In this document: positions 26,232 to 35,079 of the stretch, piece by piece
Layout: each line of letters begins with the position of its first letter
Position numbering within the stretch: the first letter of the stretch is position 1
Source: Zeaxanthinibacter sp.
GTDB taxonomy: Bacteria > Bacteroidota > Bacteroidia > Flavobacteriales > Flavobacteriaceae
Length of the DNA: 64,000 nt
Direction: 5' to 3'
NCBI GenBank assembly: GCA_041743975.1
Contig: JBGTLT010000162.1
Location: 12,743-76,742, forward strand
Position numbers and translations under genes: made by a program
The notes under the pieces: generated by a model
What the model was told of the DNA's origin: nothing
The model's input: the letters and a program-made list of their open reading frames with translations, nothing else
Database searches by the model: none

Positions 26232-26987
26232 TTATCGCCATAAGATCAGCAGCGCCCCTATTGCCGTCAGCACAAGGATCATCCTCCGGTAGAACCCCTC
26301 CTTGATTATCTTCACCATCCTGATTCCCAGGAACAACCCTATCAATACCCCCGGAACCAGGGCCAGGTTTATTTTCAGGCTTTCCGGGGTTATGGTACCC
26401 CATACAAAAATATGCAACGGCAGCTTGCATACATTTACAATGAGGAATAGCCAGGCCGCCGTTCCAATGAACTCATTTTTTGGCAACCTCATCGCCAGGA
26501 AAAAGATATTGGCAAACGCCCCGGCCAGGTTGCCTATCATGGTTGTGATGCCGGCCATGATCCCCATAATTCCTGCAAAAGCCCAATGTCCGGGAACTGC
26601 TTCCGACTTTTTCTGATCCCACCAATACATCAGCGCTGCACTCCCAAGAATGATGATTGCCATGCCGATTTTAAAGGTATTTTCGGGAAGGTCCTTCCCG
26701 ATGAACACCCCTATCAGCAAGCCGAGCAACATCCACGGAAGAAACCGTAAAATGTAGCCCCACCGGGCGTGACGGCTGTAATAGTATACCGCGAACAGGT
26801 CTCCCAGCACCAGGAGCGGAACGAGGAGCCCGGTCGATTCCCGTGCTCCGAAAGCCAGGGCCATAAGGGTAACGATGACGATCTCGATGCCTTTGATACC
26901 CGACTTCGAAATCCCCAGCACCACGGTGGCGGTAAAAGCAATAGTCCATACCGTAAGGGAAAGATCGGGAAAGAACAAAAATGGCAT
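26232..26987 (-). CDS. TauE/SafE family anion (sulfite/sulfonate) exporter-like membrane protein
   Basis: 251 aa with 7-8 predicted TM helices and a two-halves architecture typical of TauE/SafE. Assignment is by resemblance only. Confidence 0.72.
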   Translation of the reverse strand: MPFLFFPDLSLTVWTIAFTATVVLGISKSGIKGIEIVIVTLMALAFGARESTGLLVPLLVLGDLFAVYYYSRHARWGYILRFLPWMLLGLLIGVFIGKDLPENTFKIGMAIIILGSAALMYWWDQKKSEAVPGHWAFAGIMGIMAGITTMIGNLAGAFANIFFLAMRLPKNEFIGTAAWLFLIVNVCKLPLHIFVWGTITPESLKINLALVPGVLIGLFLGIRMVKIIKEGFYRRMILVLTAIGALLILWR

Positions 26988-27007
26988 GGGTACTTCAGGA
27001 TTGAAAA

Positions 27008-27015
27008 CAAATGTA
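27008..27015 (-). promoter_or_regulatory. candidate Bacteroidota -7 promoter box (TACATTTG) for the TauE-like gene
   Basis: The minus strand reads TACATTTG, matching the TAnnTTTG consensus. It ends 20 nt upstream of the ATG at 26987. Confidence 0.4.
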
Positions 27016-27057
27016 TCTTAAAAAATAATATCTTTATGGCTCAACCAAAACCAAACT

Positions 27058-28869
27058 ATGGTCTTAAGCACATTTGATTATACGCTGATCATTATCTTTT
27101 TCAGCATCGTACTGACGGTCGGTGTAGTCGTTTCAAAAAAATCAGGAAAGGATACAACAGAATTTTTCTTATCGGGCCGGACGATGCCCTGGTGGTTGCT
27201 GGGACTGTCTATGGTGGCGACTACATTTTCAACAGACACCCCAAACCTGGTTACGGATATTGTAAGGACGAACGGGGTTTCCGGGAACTGGGTATGGTGG
27301 GCCTTCCTGATCACCGGACTTCTGACGGTATTTGTATATGCGAAACTGTGGAGAAGATCGAATGTCAATACGGATCTGGAATTCTATGAAATGCGGTACG
27401 GGGGTGCGCCAGCCCGTTTTTTAAGAAAATTCAGGGCCATTTACCTGGGGGTAATTTTCAACGTTATCACCATGTCTGCCGTAACCCTGGCTGCCATCAA
27501 AATAGGGGGTATCATGTTGGGACTTGAACCCTGGGTAACGGTTGTGAGTGCCGGATTGATCACCGTAACCTTCAGTGCGCTGGGTGGGTTCAAAGGGGTG
27601 GTATATACCGATTTCCTTTTGTTTTTTGTAGCCATGAGCGGCGCAATAGGGGCAGCGTATTATCTGGTAAATATCCCGGAGGTTGGGGGTATTGAGGCCC
27701 TGATGGCCAACGAACATGTAAAGGATAAACTTAACATTCTCCCCGATTTTAGCAATAAGAGTGCCTTGATAACCCTGTTTATCATTCCCCTGGCGGTACA
27801 GTGGTGGAGTTCCTGGTATCCCGGAGCTGAACCCGGGGGCGGCGGCTATATTGCCCAAAGGATGCTGGCCGCCAAAAACGAGAACCATGCCATTGGAGCA
27901 ACCTTCTTTTTTAACATAATGCATTATGCATTACGACCCTGGCCATGGATTTTAGTTGCGCTTGCCTCCCTTGTCGTATACCCGGACATAGCGAGCATCC
28001 ATGAGGCATTCCCCAATGTTGCAAGCGATAAGCTGGGCCATGACCTGGCTTATTCCGCCATGTTGACCAAATTACCCAGCGGTTTGTTGGGGCTTGTCCT
28101 GGCATCCCTGGTCGCTGCCTATATGTCTACCATTTCGACACAGCTGAATTGGGGGTCGTCTTATATCGTTTATGATTTTTACAAACAACAGATCAATCCG
28201 GGGGCTTCTGAAAAAAAATTAGTGGCAGTAGGCCGCTTGTCTACCATAGCCCTGATGGTTTTTAGTGCCATCTTAGCCTTATTGCTCCAGAATGCGTTGC
28301 AATTATTTGAAGTTCTCCTTGTATTCGGGGCGGGGACCGGGCTTATCTTTATCCTAAGATGGTTCTGGTGGCGGATCAATGCCTGGAGTGAAATCACCGC
28401 CATGTTTGCCTCCGGGATCATCTCCATTGTTTTGAAACTTACCCCCGTTGGCCCCTTCTTTTTTGCTGCAGATACGGGTGTTCTCCCCGATTGGATGGAA
28501 TATCCTTTTGTAGTCCTGGCCACTACCCTCATCTGGCTTGCGGCTACCTTTATGACACAACCGGAGTCTGCTGATGTCCTCCGGAGTTTCTACCGGAAGA
28601 TACAACCAGGCGGCCCCGGATGGGCTAAGGTTATTGCCGATGCCCGGGAAGACAATGTGGAGCTTGTAAAAAAAGGTGATAAATGGAGTGTACCTGCCGG
28701 GATCAGTGCCATGCTGGTTGGATGCGTACTCATCTATAGTTGTATGTTCGCCACTGGTTACTGGATCTACGGGAGACAGCCAATGGCCCTGATCCTTACC
28801 GGTATCGCCATCCTTTCAGCCATTCTTTTGATCCGGTTGTGGAATCGCATGAAGGAACACATATTGTAA
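27058..28869 (+). CDS. sodium:solute symporter (SSS) family transporter
   Basis: 603 aa with about 14 TM segments. N-terminal region typical of SSS (EFFLSGRTMPWW). Confidence 0.88.
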   Translation: MVLSTFDYTLIIIFFSIVLTVGVVVSKKSGKDTTEFFLSGRTMPWWLLGLSMVATTFSTDTPNLVTDIVRTNGVSGNWVWWAFLITGLLTVFVYAKLWRRSNVNTDLEFYEMRYGGAPARFLRKFRAIYLGVIFNVITMSAVTLAAIKIGGIMLGLEPWVTVVSAGLITVTFSALGGFKGVVYTDFLLFFVAMSGAIGAAYYLVNIPEVGGIEALMANEHVKDKLNILPDFSNKSALITLFIIPLAVQWWSSWYPGAEPGGGGYIAQRMLAAKNENHAIGATFFFNIMHYALRPWPWILVALASLVVYPDIASIHEAFPNVASDKLGHDLAYSAMLTKLPSGLLGLVLASLVAAYMSTISTQLNWGSSYIVYDFYKQQINPGASEKKLVAVGRLSTIALMVFSAILALLLQNALQLFEVLLVFGAGTGLIFILRWFWWRINAWSEITAMFASGIISIVLKLTPVGPFFFAADTGVLPDWMEYPFVVLATTLIWLAATFMTQPESADVLRSFYRKIQPGGPGWAKVIADAREDNVELVKKGDKWSVPAGISAMLVGCVLIYSCMFATGYWIYGRQPMALILTGIAILSAILLIRLWNRMKEHIL

Positions 28870-28944
28870 GACGGGAAAAAGTATAAACAGTCAGAACGAG
28901 CTCTGTAGCCAGGTTTCCATTAATCCTAAAATGTTTCAATTAAT

Positions 28945-30033
28945 ATGAAGCAAAGAATAGTATCGGTTGATATTTTCAGGGGCCTTACCATAGCCCTTAT
29001 GATCCTCGTGAATACCCCTGGAACCTGGGCTGATGTCTACAGCCCTTTTTTACATGCTCCTTGGCATGGGTACACCCCCACGGACCTTGTCTTCCCATTC
29101 TTCCTTTTTATAGTAGGTACTTCCATTGTCTTCTCATACCGGAATAAACCGGCGCGCCCGGCCACATACAGGAAAATCCTGGTCCGGACTTTAAAATTGA
29201 TAGGCCTCGGACTTTTCCTGGGGGCTTTTACCATTTATTTCCCCTTTATCAAGGACTTTGAAGACATTCGTTTCCCGGGGGTATTGCAGCGTATTGGGAT
29301 TGTGTTCTTCTTCGCTGCCATCCTGTTCCTTAATTTCAGCTGGAAGACCCTGGTCGCCATCTGCGCATTCATATTGGTTGGATACTGGTTGTTGATGGGG
29401 TATGTCCCGGTAAACGGGATGGAATCCACCTTTGACCGGGCGGCCAACAACCTGGCCAATTATGTGGACCTCAATATTCTGGGCACTCATATGTATAAGG
29501 AGGATTATGACCCGGAAGGGATTTTAAGCACCCTCCCTTCCATCGCTTCCTCCTTGCTGGGGATTTTTACCGGCCTCCTCCTCACATCAGAACATCGGAA
29601 GAAAATTTCCGTTATGCTGGTGATGGGCGGGGTAATGCTTCTTGTGGGCCACTTATGGGATTTGGCATTCCCTATCAATAAAGCCCTGTGGAGCAGTAGT
29701 TTTGTGCTGGTAACCGCGGGCTGGGCCAATGTTTTGCTGGCAGTGATCTATTACCTCACAGATGTGAAGGGCAAGGATTTCGGGGGCATATTCAAAGCAA
29801 CCGGCGCCAACGCAATTACCGTTTACTTCCTGTCGAGCTTTATAACCAATCTCTTTTATTCCATAAAAGTCGAAAGGGATACCTCCATCCACGAATGGCT
29901 TTATCAACATATCTATGTCCATGAATTTCTGCCGCCCAAGCTCTCTTCCCTGTTGTATGCCTTTACGGTGGTTACATTCTATATACTGCTTGCCATGGTA
30001 ATGTACAGAAAAAAAATATTCATCAAAGTGTAA
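28945..30033 (+). CDS. HGSNAT-like membrane acyltransferase (heparan-alpha-glucosaminide N-acetyltransferase catalytic-domain family, DUF1624/DUF5009)
   Basis: The N-terminal RIVSVDIFRGLTIALMILVNTPG...LHAPWHGYTPTDLVFPFFLFIVG matches the conserved start of this family. Polytopic membrane protein of 362 aa. Confidence 0.72.
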   Translation: MKQRIVSVDIFRGLTIALMILVNTPGTWADVYSPFLHAPWHGYTPTDLVFPFFLFIVGTSIVFSYRNKPARPATYRKILVRTLKLIGLGLFLGAFTIYFPFIKDFEDIRFPGVLQRIGIVFFFAAILFLNFSWKTLVAICAFILVGYWLLMGYVPVNGMESTFDRAANNLANYVDLNILGTHMYKEDYDPEGILSTLPSIASSLLGIFTGLLLTSEHRKKISVMLVMGGVMLLVGHLWDLAFPINKALWSSSFVLVTAGWANVLLAVIYYLTDVKGKDFGGIFKATGANAITVYFLSSFITNLFYSIKVERDTSIHEWLYQHIYVHEFLPPKLSSLLYAFTVVTFYILLAMVMYRKKIFIKV

Positions 30034-30058
30034 CTTTTAACCCCTGCACAGGTATGTA

Positions 30059-30907
30059 TTATTCCTGGGTTATCTGGCGCATCCCTGTTGCAGGCTCCGT
30101 CTCCCTGAATGCCCACTTCAGGAATTCGGGGAAAACTGTGGCCCAGGTAGGCAAATTATGCTTTCCCCCCTGTACTTCCACATAGGTTATGTCCCCAGGG
30201 AAAGAGTACCCTTTCTGCTGTAATTCCTTTATTACATCCAGCGTATCATCAATGGAATCTATAATCCCGTTTAGGTTTCGATCGGCATGTTCATCCTGTG
30301 TACCGCATTGAAACCAGAATTTCAAGTGTGGGTGGTACGGCCCTTGTTTAATTTCATCGAGGATAATACGGCTCCTGTCCGCAAGGTCCTTTTTCTGATA
30401 GGCCTTTTTCCGCCACCAAAAGGAGCCGCTGAACACCCCTGTTTTCCCGAATACCCGGGCATGCTTAAAGACAATATCAAATGCTGACAAGCCGCCCAAA
30501 GACATGCCACAGTACACCCAGTCTCCCGGTTGCTCAGAGGTATTGAACTCACTTTTGAGAAAAGGCACAAACTCTTCCACAATGAATTTGGAATACAGGT
30601 GGGCATTGCCACCCCTTCCCTTAAAATCAGCCCTGGAAATTGTGCCGTAGTCGTGTATCCGGTTATCGTTGGTTTCTATGCCAATATATATAAAGGGCTG
30701 AATGTGTTTGTTCCTGAAGGTATTAATCAGTGTTTGTTCCAGTCCCATCCCTAAAAAATCCTGTCCGTCATTCATCAATAAAACAGGGAAAGGTTTTTGA
30801 GCGGTCTTAAAATTGCCCGGGGCGGCCAGGCGAAAGCTTACCTTCCTTTCCAGGTTCCTGGAAAGGAAGCTTCCTTTCAACATCATTATATCCGTTTCGA
30901 ATTGCAT
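30059..30907 (-). CDS. esterase family protein (PF00756-like alpha/beta hydrolase)
   Basis: GMSLGGLSA nucleophile elbow (G-x-S-x-G). Start set at the ATG at 30907, since the track start at 30928 is a TTG. Divergent from the ligase operon. Confidence 0.72.
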   Translation of the reverse strand: MQFETDIMMLKGSFLSRNLERKVSFRLAAPGNFKTAQKPFPVLLMNDGQDFLGMGLEQTLINTFRNKHIQPFIYIGIETNDNRIHDYGTISRADFKGRGGNAHLYSKFIVEEFVPFLKSEFNTSEQPGDWVYCGMSLGGLSAFDIVFKHARVFGKTGVFSGSFWWRKKAYQKKDLADRSRIILDEIKQGPYHPHLKFWFQCGTQDEHADRNLNGIIDSIDDTLDVIKELQQKGYSFPGDITYVEVQGGKHNLPTWATVFPEFLKWAFRETEPATGMRQITQE

Positions 30908-31032
30908 CGGTTTTTGTAGAAGTTGCAAGTATAACGAATCCGTAAATTAAATCTTGCCCTGGCAGAAATTAATCTAAATTAGCCGCCATTGATTAGTTGT
31001 AAGATTAACATATTTAGGGTACATTTAGAATA

Positions 31033-31743
31033 ATGGCAAATATCCAACACCTTCAATACTATTCCAATACGATGGGAATGGACATCAACCTGGAAATTAC
31101 CGGGCATTGGGGCCATCCGGTATTGATGTTTCCTTCATCAGGCGGTCAGTATACCCAAAATACAGATTTTGGGCTTAACGGGTCGGTTATGCAATTTGTT
31201 GAGGAGGGGCGCATCAAACTATACAATGTGGAAACGTTGGACATGCGGTCCTTTTATGCTGACGGGATGGCATCGGAAATAAAGATCCACAACTACGAAT
31301 TATACATGCGGTTCCTTCAAAATGAATTGATCCCTTATATACAAAGGGAATGCAACACCCACCGGGTTGCGGTGTCTGGAGTGAGCTTCGGGGGCTACCA
31401 TGCGGCCAATACCGCCTTTCGTTTCCCCGATTTCATTTCACACCTCTTCTCCATGTCGGGGGTATTCAGCATCCGAAATTTTGTTCCACTTTCGGAGGAT
31501 ATGCGAATTTACTTTAATTGTCCGGACGAGTTTATGAAACACGAAGAGTCCTGGAAATACAATCACATGCAGATTGTGTTGAGCACGTCAGACTGGGATA
31601 GTTGCAAACCGAAGAACCAGCACATGGCAGGAATCCTGGATTCAAAAGGTATTGCCCACTGGTATGACGAAAAAAAATGGATAGAGCACGACTGGCCCTT
31701 GTGGAAAATGGTTTTCCCGGAATATATTGGCCGTTATTTTTAG
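31033..31743 (+). CDS. esterase family protein (PF00756-like alpha/beta hydrolase)
   Basis: GVSFGGYHA nucleophile elbow. 236 aa. First gene of the co-directional run ending at 36272. Confidence 0.72.
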   Translation: MANIQHLQYYSNTMGMDINLEITGHWGHPVLMFPSSGGQYTQNTDFGLNGSVMQFVEEGRIKLYNVETLDMRSFYADGMASEIKIHNYELYMRFLQNELIPYIQRECNTHRVAVSGVSFGGYHAANTAFRFPDFISHLFSMSGVFSIRNFVPLSEDMRIYFNCPDEFMKHEESWKYNHMQIVLSTSDWDSCKPKNQHMAGILDSKGIAHWYDEKKWIEHDWPLWKMVFPEYIGRYF

Positions 31744-31771
31744 AAGTTGAAACGATTCAAAATTATACATC

Positions 31772-33001
31772 ATGTCAAAAAAAGTAGGGATATTATTTGG
31801 AATGGAAGATACCTTCCCCTGGGCTTTTATCAATAAAGTCAATGAATTGGGGAATGGAACAGTGGTAGCAGAACCCGTGACCATCGATAAGGTACAGCAG
31901 GGGATCGATTACGGATACCATGTGATCATCGACCGGATATCGCAGGAAGTACCTTTTTACCGATCGTACCTTAAAAACGCCGCTTTGATGGGGACGGCAG
32001 TAATCAATAACCCCTTTTGGTGGAGTGCAGATGAAAAGTTTTTTAACAATTGCCTTTCCATGCAGATAGGTGTCCCGGTACCAAAAACAATCCTGCTGCC
32101 TTCCAAAGCCCGGCCGGATGATACTACTGAAAAATCTTTCAGGAACCTTAAAGCACCGCTGGACTGGGATTACATTTTTAACTATATCGGATTTCCGGCT
32201 TACATGAAACCCCATTCCGGGGGCGGGTGGAAAAGTGTTTACCGGGTAGACAACCAGGACGACCTGTTCGACAAACTTGAGGAAACCGGACAGTTGGTTA
32301 TGATGCTACAGGAGGAAATTGTTTTCGAAGATTATTACAGGGTCTACTGCCTGGGTCAAAAATATGTGCACATTATGCCCTATGAGCCTCGCAACGCCTT
32401 CCATGAACGCTATGTAACCGAACCTAAAACAACCGGGGAGGAGCATCAGAAGTTGATGAAGACCATCCATGACTATACCATTAAGCTCAACAAGGCCCTG
32501 GGTTATGATTTTAACACAGTGGAATTTGCGATTCGCAATGGCATTCCCTATGCGATCGACTTCTGCAACCCGGCTCCTGATGCGGATATACATTCTGTGG
32601 GACAGGCCAATTTTAACTGGATCGTCGAACATGCTGCAAAATTTGCCGTGGAAAAGGCTAATTCTCACAAAGCCAGGCAAAACAACTGCTCCTGGGGAAC
32701 ATTTTTACAAACAGCCGTAAACCCGCCCATACCAATAGCGGCCAAGGTCAACTTAAAAACAGCAGCCCAGGCCAAAAAAACAGCGGTAAAAACACCGATG
32801 GACATTGAGGCAAAATCTTCGGTCCGGAAGTTGAGGGCGGTTGTCAACAAAACGACATCAAAGCCCAAGCCTGTTAGTAAAGGTTCAAAAGCTACCGCTG
32901 CCACAGCCAAATTCAAAACCGGGGAAACCGATTCAGCCAAGGCTGCCAGAGAAAAGAAAGATACAGGCAAAGCAGCGGCAAAAAAACCTAAAACCAAATA
33001 G
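31772..33001 (+). CDS. ATP-grasp ligase with a Lys/Ala-rich C-terminal tail of about 90 aa
   Basis: ATP-grasp motifs in the normal order: AYMKPHSGGGWKSVYRV, then EFAIRNGIPYAIDFCNPAPDAD. In the tail from about aa 320, roughly 22 of 89 residues are Lys, ending AAAKKPKTK. Confidence 0.75.
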   Translation: MSKKVGILFGMEDTFPWAFINKVNELGNGTVVAEPVTIDKVQQGIDYGYHVIIDRISQEVPFYRSYLKNAALMGTAVINNPFWWSADEKFFNNCLSMQIGVPVPKTILLPSKARPDDTTEKSFRNLKAPLDWDYIFNYIGFPAYMKPHSGGGWKSVYRVDNQDDLFDKLEETGQLVMMLQEEIVFEDYYRVYCLGQKYVHIMPYEPRNAFHERYVTEPKTTGEEHQKLMKTIHDYTIKLNKALGYDFNTVEFAIRNGIPYAIDFCNPAPDADIHSVGQANFNWIVEHAAKFAVEKANSHKARQNNCSWGTFLQTAVNPPIPIAAKVNLKTAAQAKKTAVKTPMDIEAKSSVRKLRAVVNKTTSKPKPVSKGSKATAATAKFKTGETDSAKAAREKKDTGKAAAKKPKTK

Positions 33002-33033
33002 TAAGCGAGGAGCTGTAAACCCCGATACGGAAA

Positions 33034-34131
33034 ATGCATAAGTTCACACTAGGGATAGAAGAAGAATTTCAAATACTGGATGCCGAAACTTTAAAACTTC
33101 GTTCCCAGATGTCAAAGATTATTGACGGGGGAAAAGTACTTTTAAAGGAACGCATCAAGGAAGAAATGCATCAGTCCGTTGTGGAAATGGGCACTAATGT
33201 CTGTGAAAATATACAACAGGCCAGGGATGAAGTTTCCTACCTAAGGCAACAGGTCATTGCACTCGCTGCCAAAGAGGACCTTAAAGTCGCCGCTGCAGGT
33301 ACCCATCCATTTTCTCACTGGAGCGAACAACTCATAACCCCCAACCCGCGATATGATGCCCTGATAGCTGAAATGAAGGATGTGGCGCGGTCCAATCTTA
33401 TCTTTGGGATGCATGTGCACATAGGGATACCCAACCGGGAAGAAGGGCTTCAGATCATGAATGTGGCCCGGTATTTTTTGCCCCATCTGTATGCCCTTTC
33501 CACCAATTCGCCATTTTGGGAAGGCCGGGAGACAGGGTTTAAATCCTTTCGATCCAAGATCTTTGATAAATTTCCGAGAACAGGGATCCCGCCCTACTTT
33601 GCCAGTGTCGCCGAATATGATAAATTCATTGAAATCCTGGTAAAGACCCGCTGTATAGACAACGGCAAGAAAATTTGGTGGGACATCCGTTTGCATCCGT
33701 TTTATCCCACAGTGGAATTCCGGGTGTGCGATATGGTCCTGACCGTTGATGAGGTAATGTGTATTGCAGCACTGATGCAATGTATCATTGCAAAACTCCA
33801 TCTGTTACATCAGAAGAACCAGAGTTTCAGGTCGTACAGGCGTGTCCTGATCAATGAAAACAAATGGCGTGCAGCCCGATGGGGCATAGAGGCGCAACTC
33901 ATTGATTTTGGGAAAGAAGAAGAGGTGCCGTTCAATACACTTATCAACGAACTTCTCGAGTTTATAGATGATGTGGTGGATGACCTGGGCTGCCGAACTG
34001 AAGTGAATTATGTATACCAGATGTTACAGCAGGGTTCGGGGGCCGACAGGCAGCTTAAGGTTTTTGAGGATTCCCAGGATCTGAAACAGGTGGTACAGTA
34101 CATCGTGGAACAAACTGCCAAAGGGCTGTAA
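33034..34131 (+). CDS. carboxylate-amine ligase, glutamate-cysteine ligase family 2 (YbdK-like)
   Basis: The N-terminal FTLGIEEEFQILD is the GCS2 hallmark. 365 aa is the typical length. Confidence 0.85.
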   Translation: MHKFTLGIEEEFQILDAETLKLRSQMSKIIDGGKVLLKERIKEEMHQSVVEMGTNVCENIQQARDEVSYLRQQVIALAAKEDLKVAAAGTHPFSHWSEQLITPNPRYDALIAEMKDVARSNLIFGMHVHIGIPNREEGLQIMNVARYFLPHLYALSTNSPFWEGRETGFKSFRSKIFDKFPRTGIPPYFASVAEYDKFIEILVKTRCIDNGKKIWWDIRLHPFYPTVEFRVCDMVLTVDEVMCIAALMQCIIAKLHLLHQKNQSFRSYRRVLINENKWRAARWGIEAQLIDFGKEEEVPFNTLINELLEFIDDVVDDLGCRTEVNYVYQMLQQGSGADRQLKVFEDSQDLKQVVQYIVEQTAKGL

Positions 34132-34242
34132 GCCGGACAAAAGAAAAAGACAACTTTTGCGTTAGGGGTACGATCGGAAGAATTTTCAGGGGAGTATCCT
34201 AAGGAAAGCAGGGTACCGATATCAGAAATCAAAAAAAAAACT

Positions 34243-35079
34243 ATGCAGGAAATGATTAAAATAGCCATACTGGATATGAATGCAGGACAACCCAATGAGG
34301 GGATGCGCTGTATCAATTTGCTGGTCGGGCAATTTTTGGATGGGGAGGGTATTAAAGGCAGTTATGACATATTTGAAGTGCGCATCAAATCAGAAATTCC
34401 CCGCATGGAGGATTATGACATCTTTATTTCATCGGGAGGACCCGGCTCCCCGTTACTAACAGGATCGGTATGGGAAAAGAATTATTTTGAACTCCTGGAT
34501 GCCATCCTGAGTAATAATTTGGTATACCCAAAAAAAAAATACCTTTTCCTGATCTGCCATTCCTTCCAGCTGGCATGCCTCCATTGGGACCTGGCAAAAG
34601 TAATGAAACGCAAATCCACCTCTTTTGGCATCTATCCCATGTTTAAAACCCAAAGCGGGGAACTGGAACCTTTGTTTAAAGGCCTGGACAATCCGTTCTA
34701 TGGGGTGGATTCCAGGGATTACCAGGTTGTGGGGCCCCACGAATGGAAGCTGGATACCCTGGATGGGAAGGTATTGTGCCGGGAAAAAGAACGTTCACAT
34801 GTTCCCCTGGAAAGGGCTGTCATGGCCATCCGGTTTTCCAGGGAAATATTCGGGGTGCAATTCCATCCCGAGGCGGATTCCGAAGGCATGTTGCACTATT
34901 TTCTAAGGGAAGACATGCGGAAAAAAGTCATTAAGCTCCATGGGCAGAAAAAATACCTCGACATGCTTGAACACCTGGATGATGATGATAAGATTCTCAA
35001 AACCAATCGCATAATCATTCCCAGGTTTTTGCAACAGGCAGCTGATGCGATGGAACAACTAAAACTATCCACAGCATGA
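34243..35079 (+). CDS. class I glutamine amidotransferase-fold protein (candidate gamma-glutamyl-type amidohydrolase)
   Basis: Nucleophile-elbow Cys in FLICHSFQ and His-Glu in GVQFHPE, so the triad signature is intact. No fused synthase domain. Confidence 0.8.
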   Translation: MQEMIKIAILDMNAGQPNEGMRCINLLVGQFLDGEGIKGSYDIFEVRIKSEIPRMEDYDIFISSGGPGSPLLTGSVWEKNYFELLDAILSNNLVYPKKKYLFLICHSFQLACLHWDLAKVMKRKSTSFGIYPMFKTQSGELEPLFKGLDNPFYGVDSRDYQVVGPHEWKLDTLDGKVLCREKERSHVPLERAVMAIRFSREIFGVQFHPEADSEGMLHYFLREDMRKKVIKLHGQKKYLDMLEHLDDDDKILKTNRIIIPRFLQQAADAMEQLKLSTA

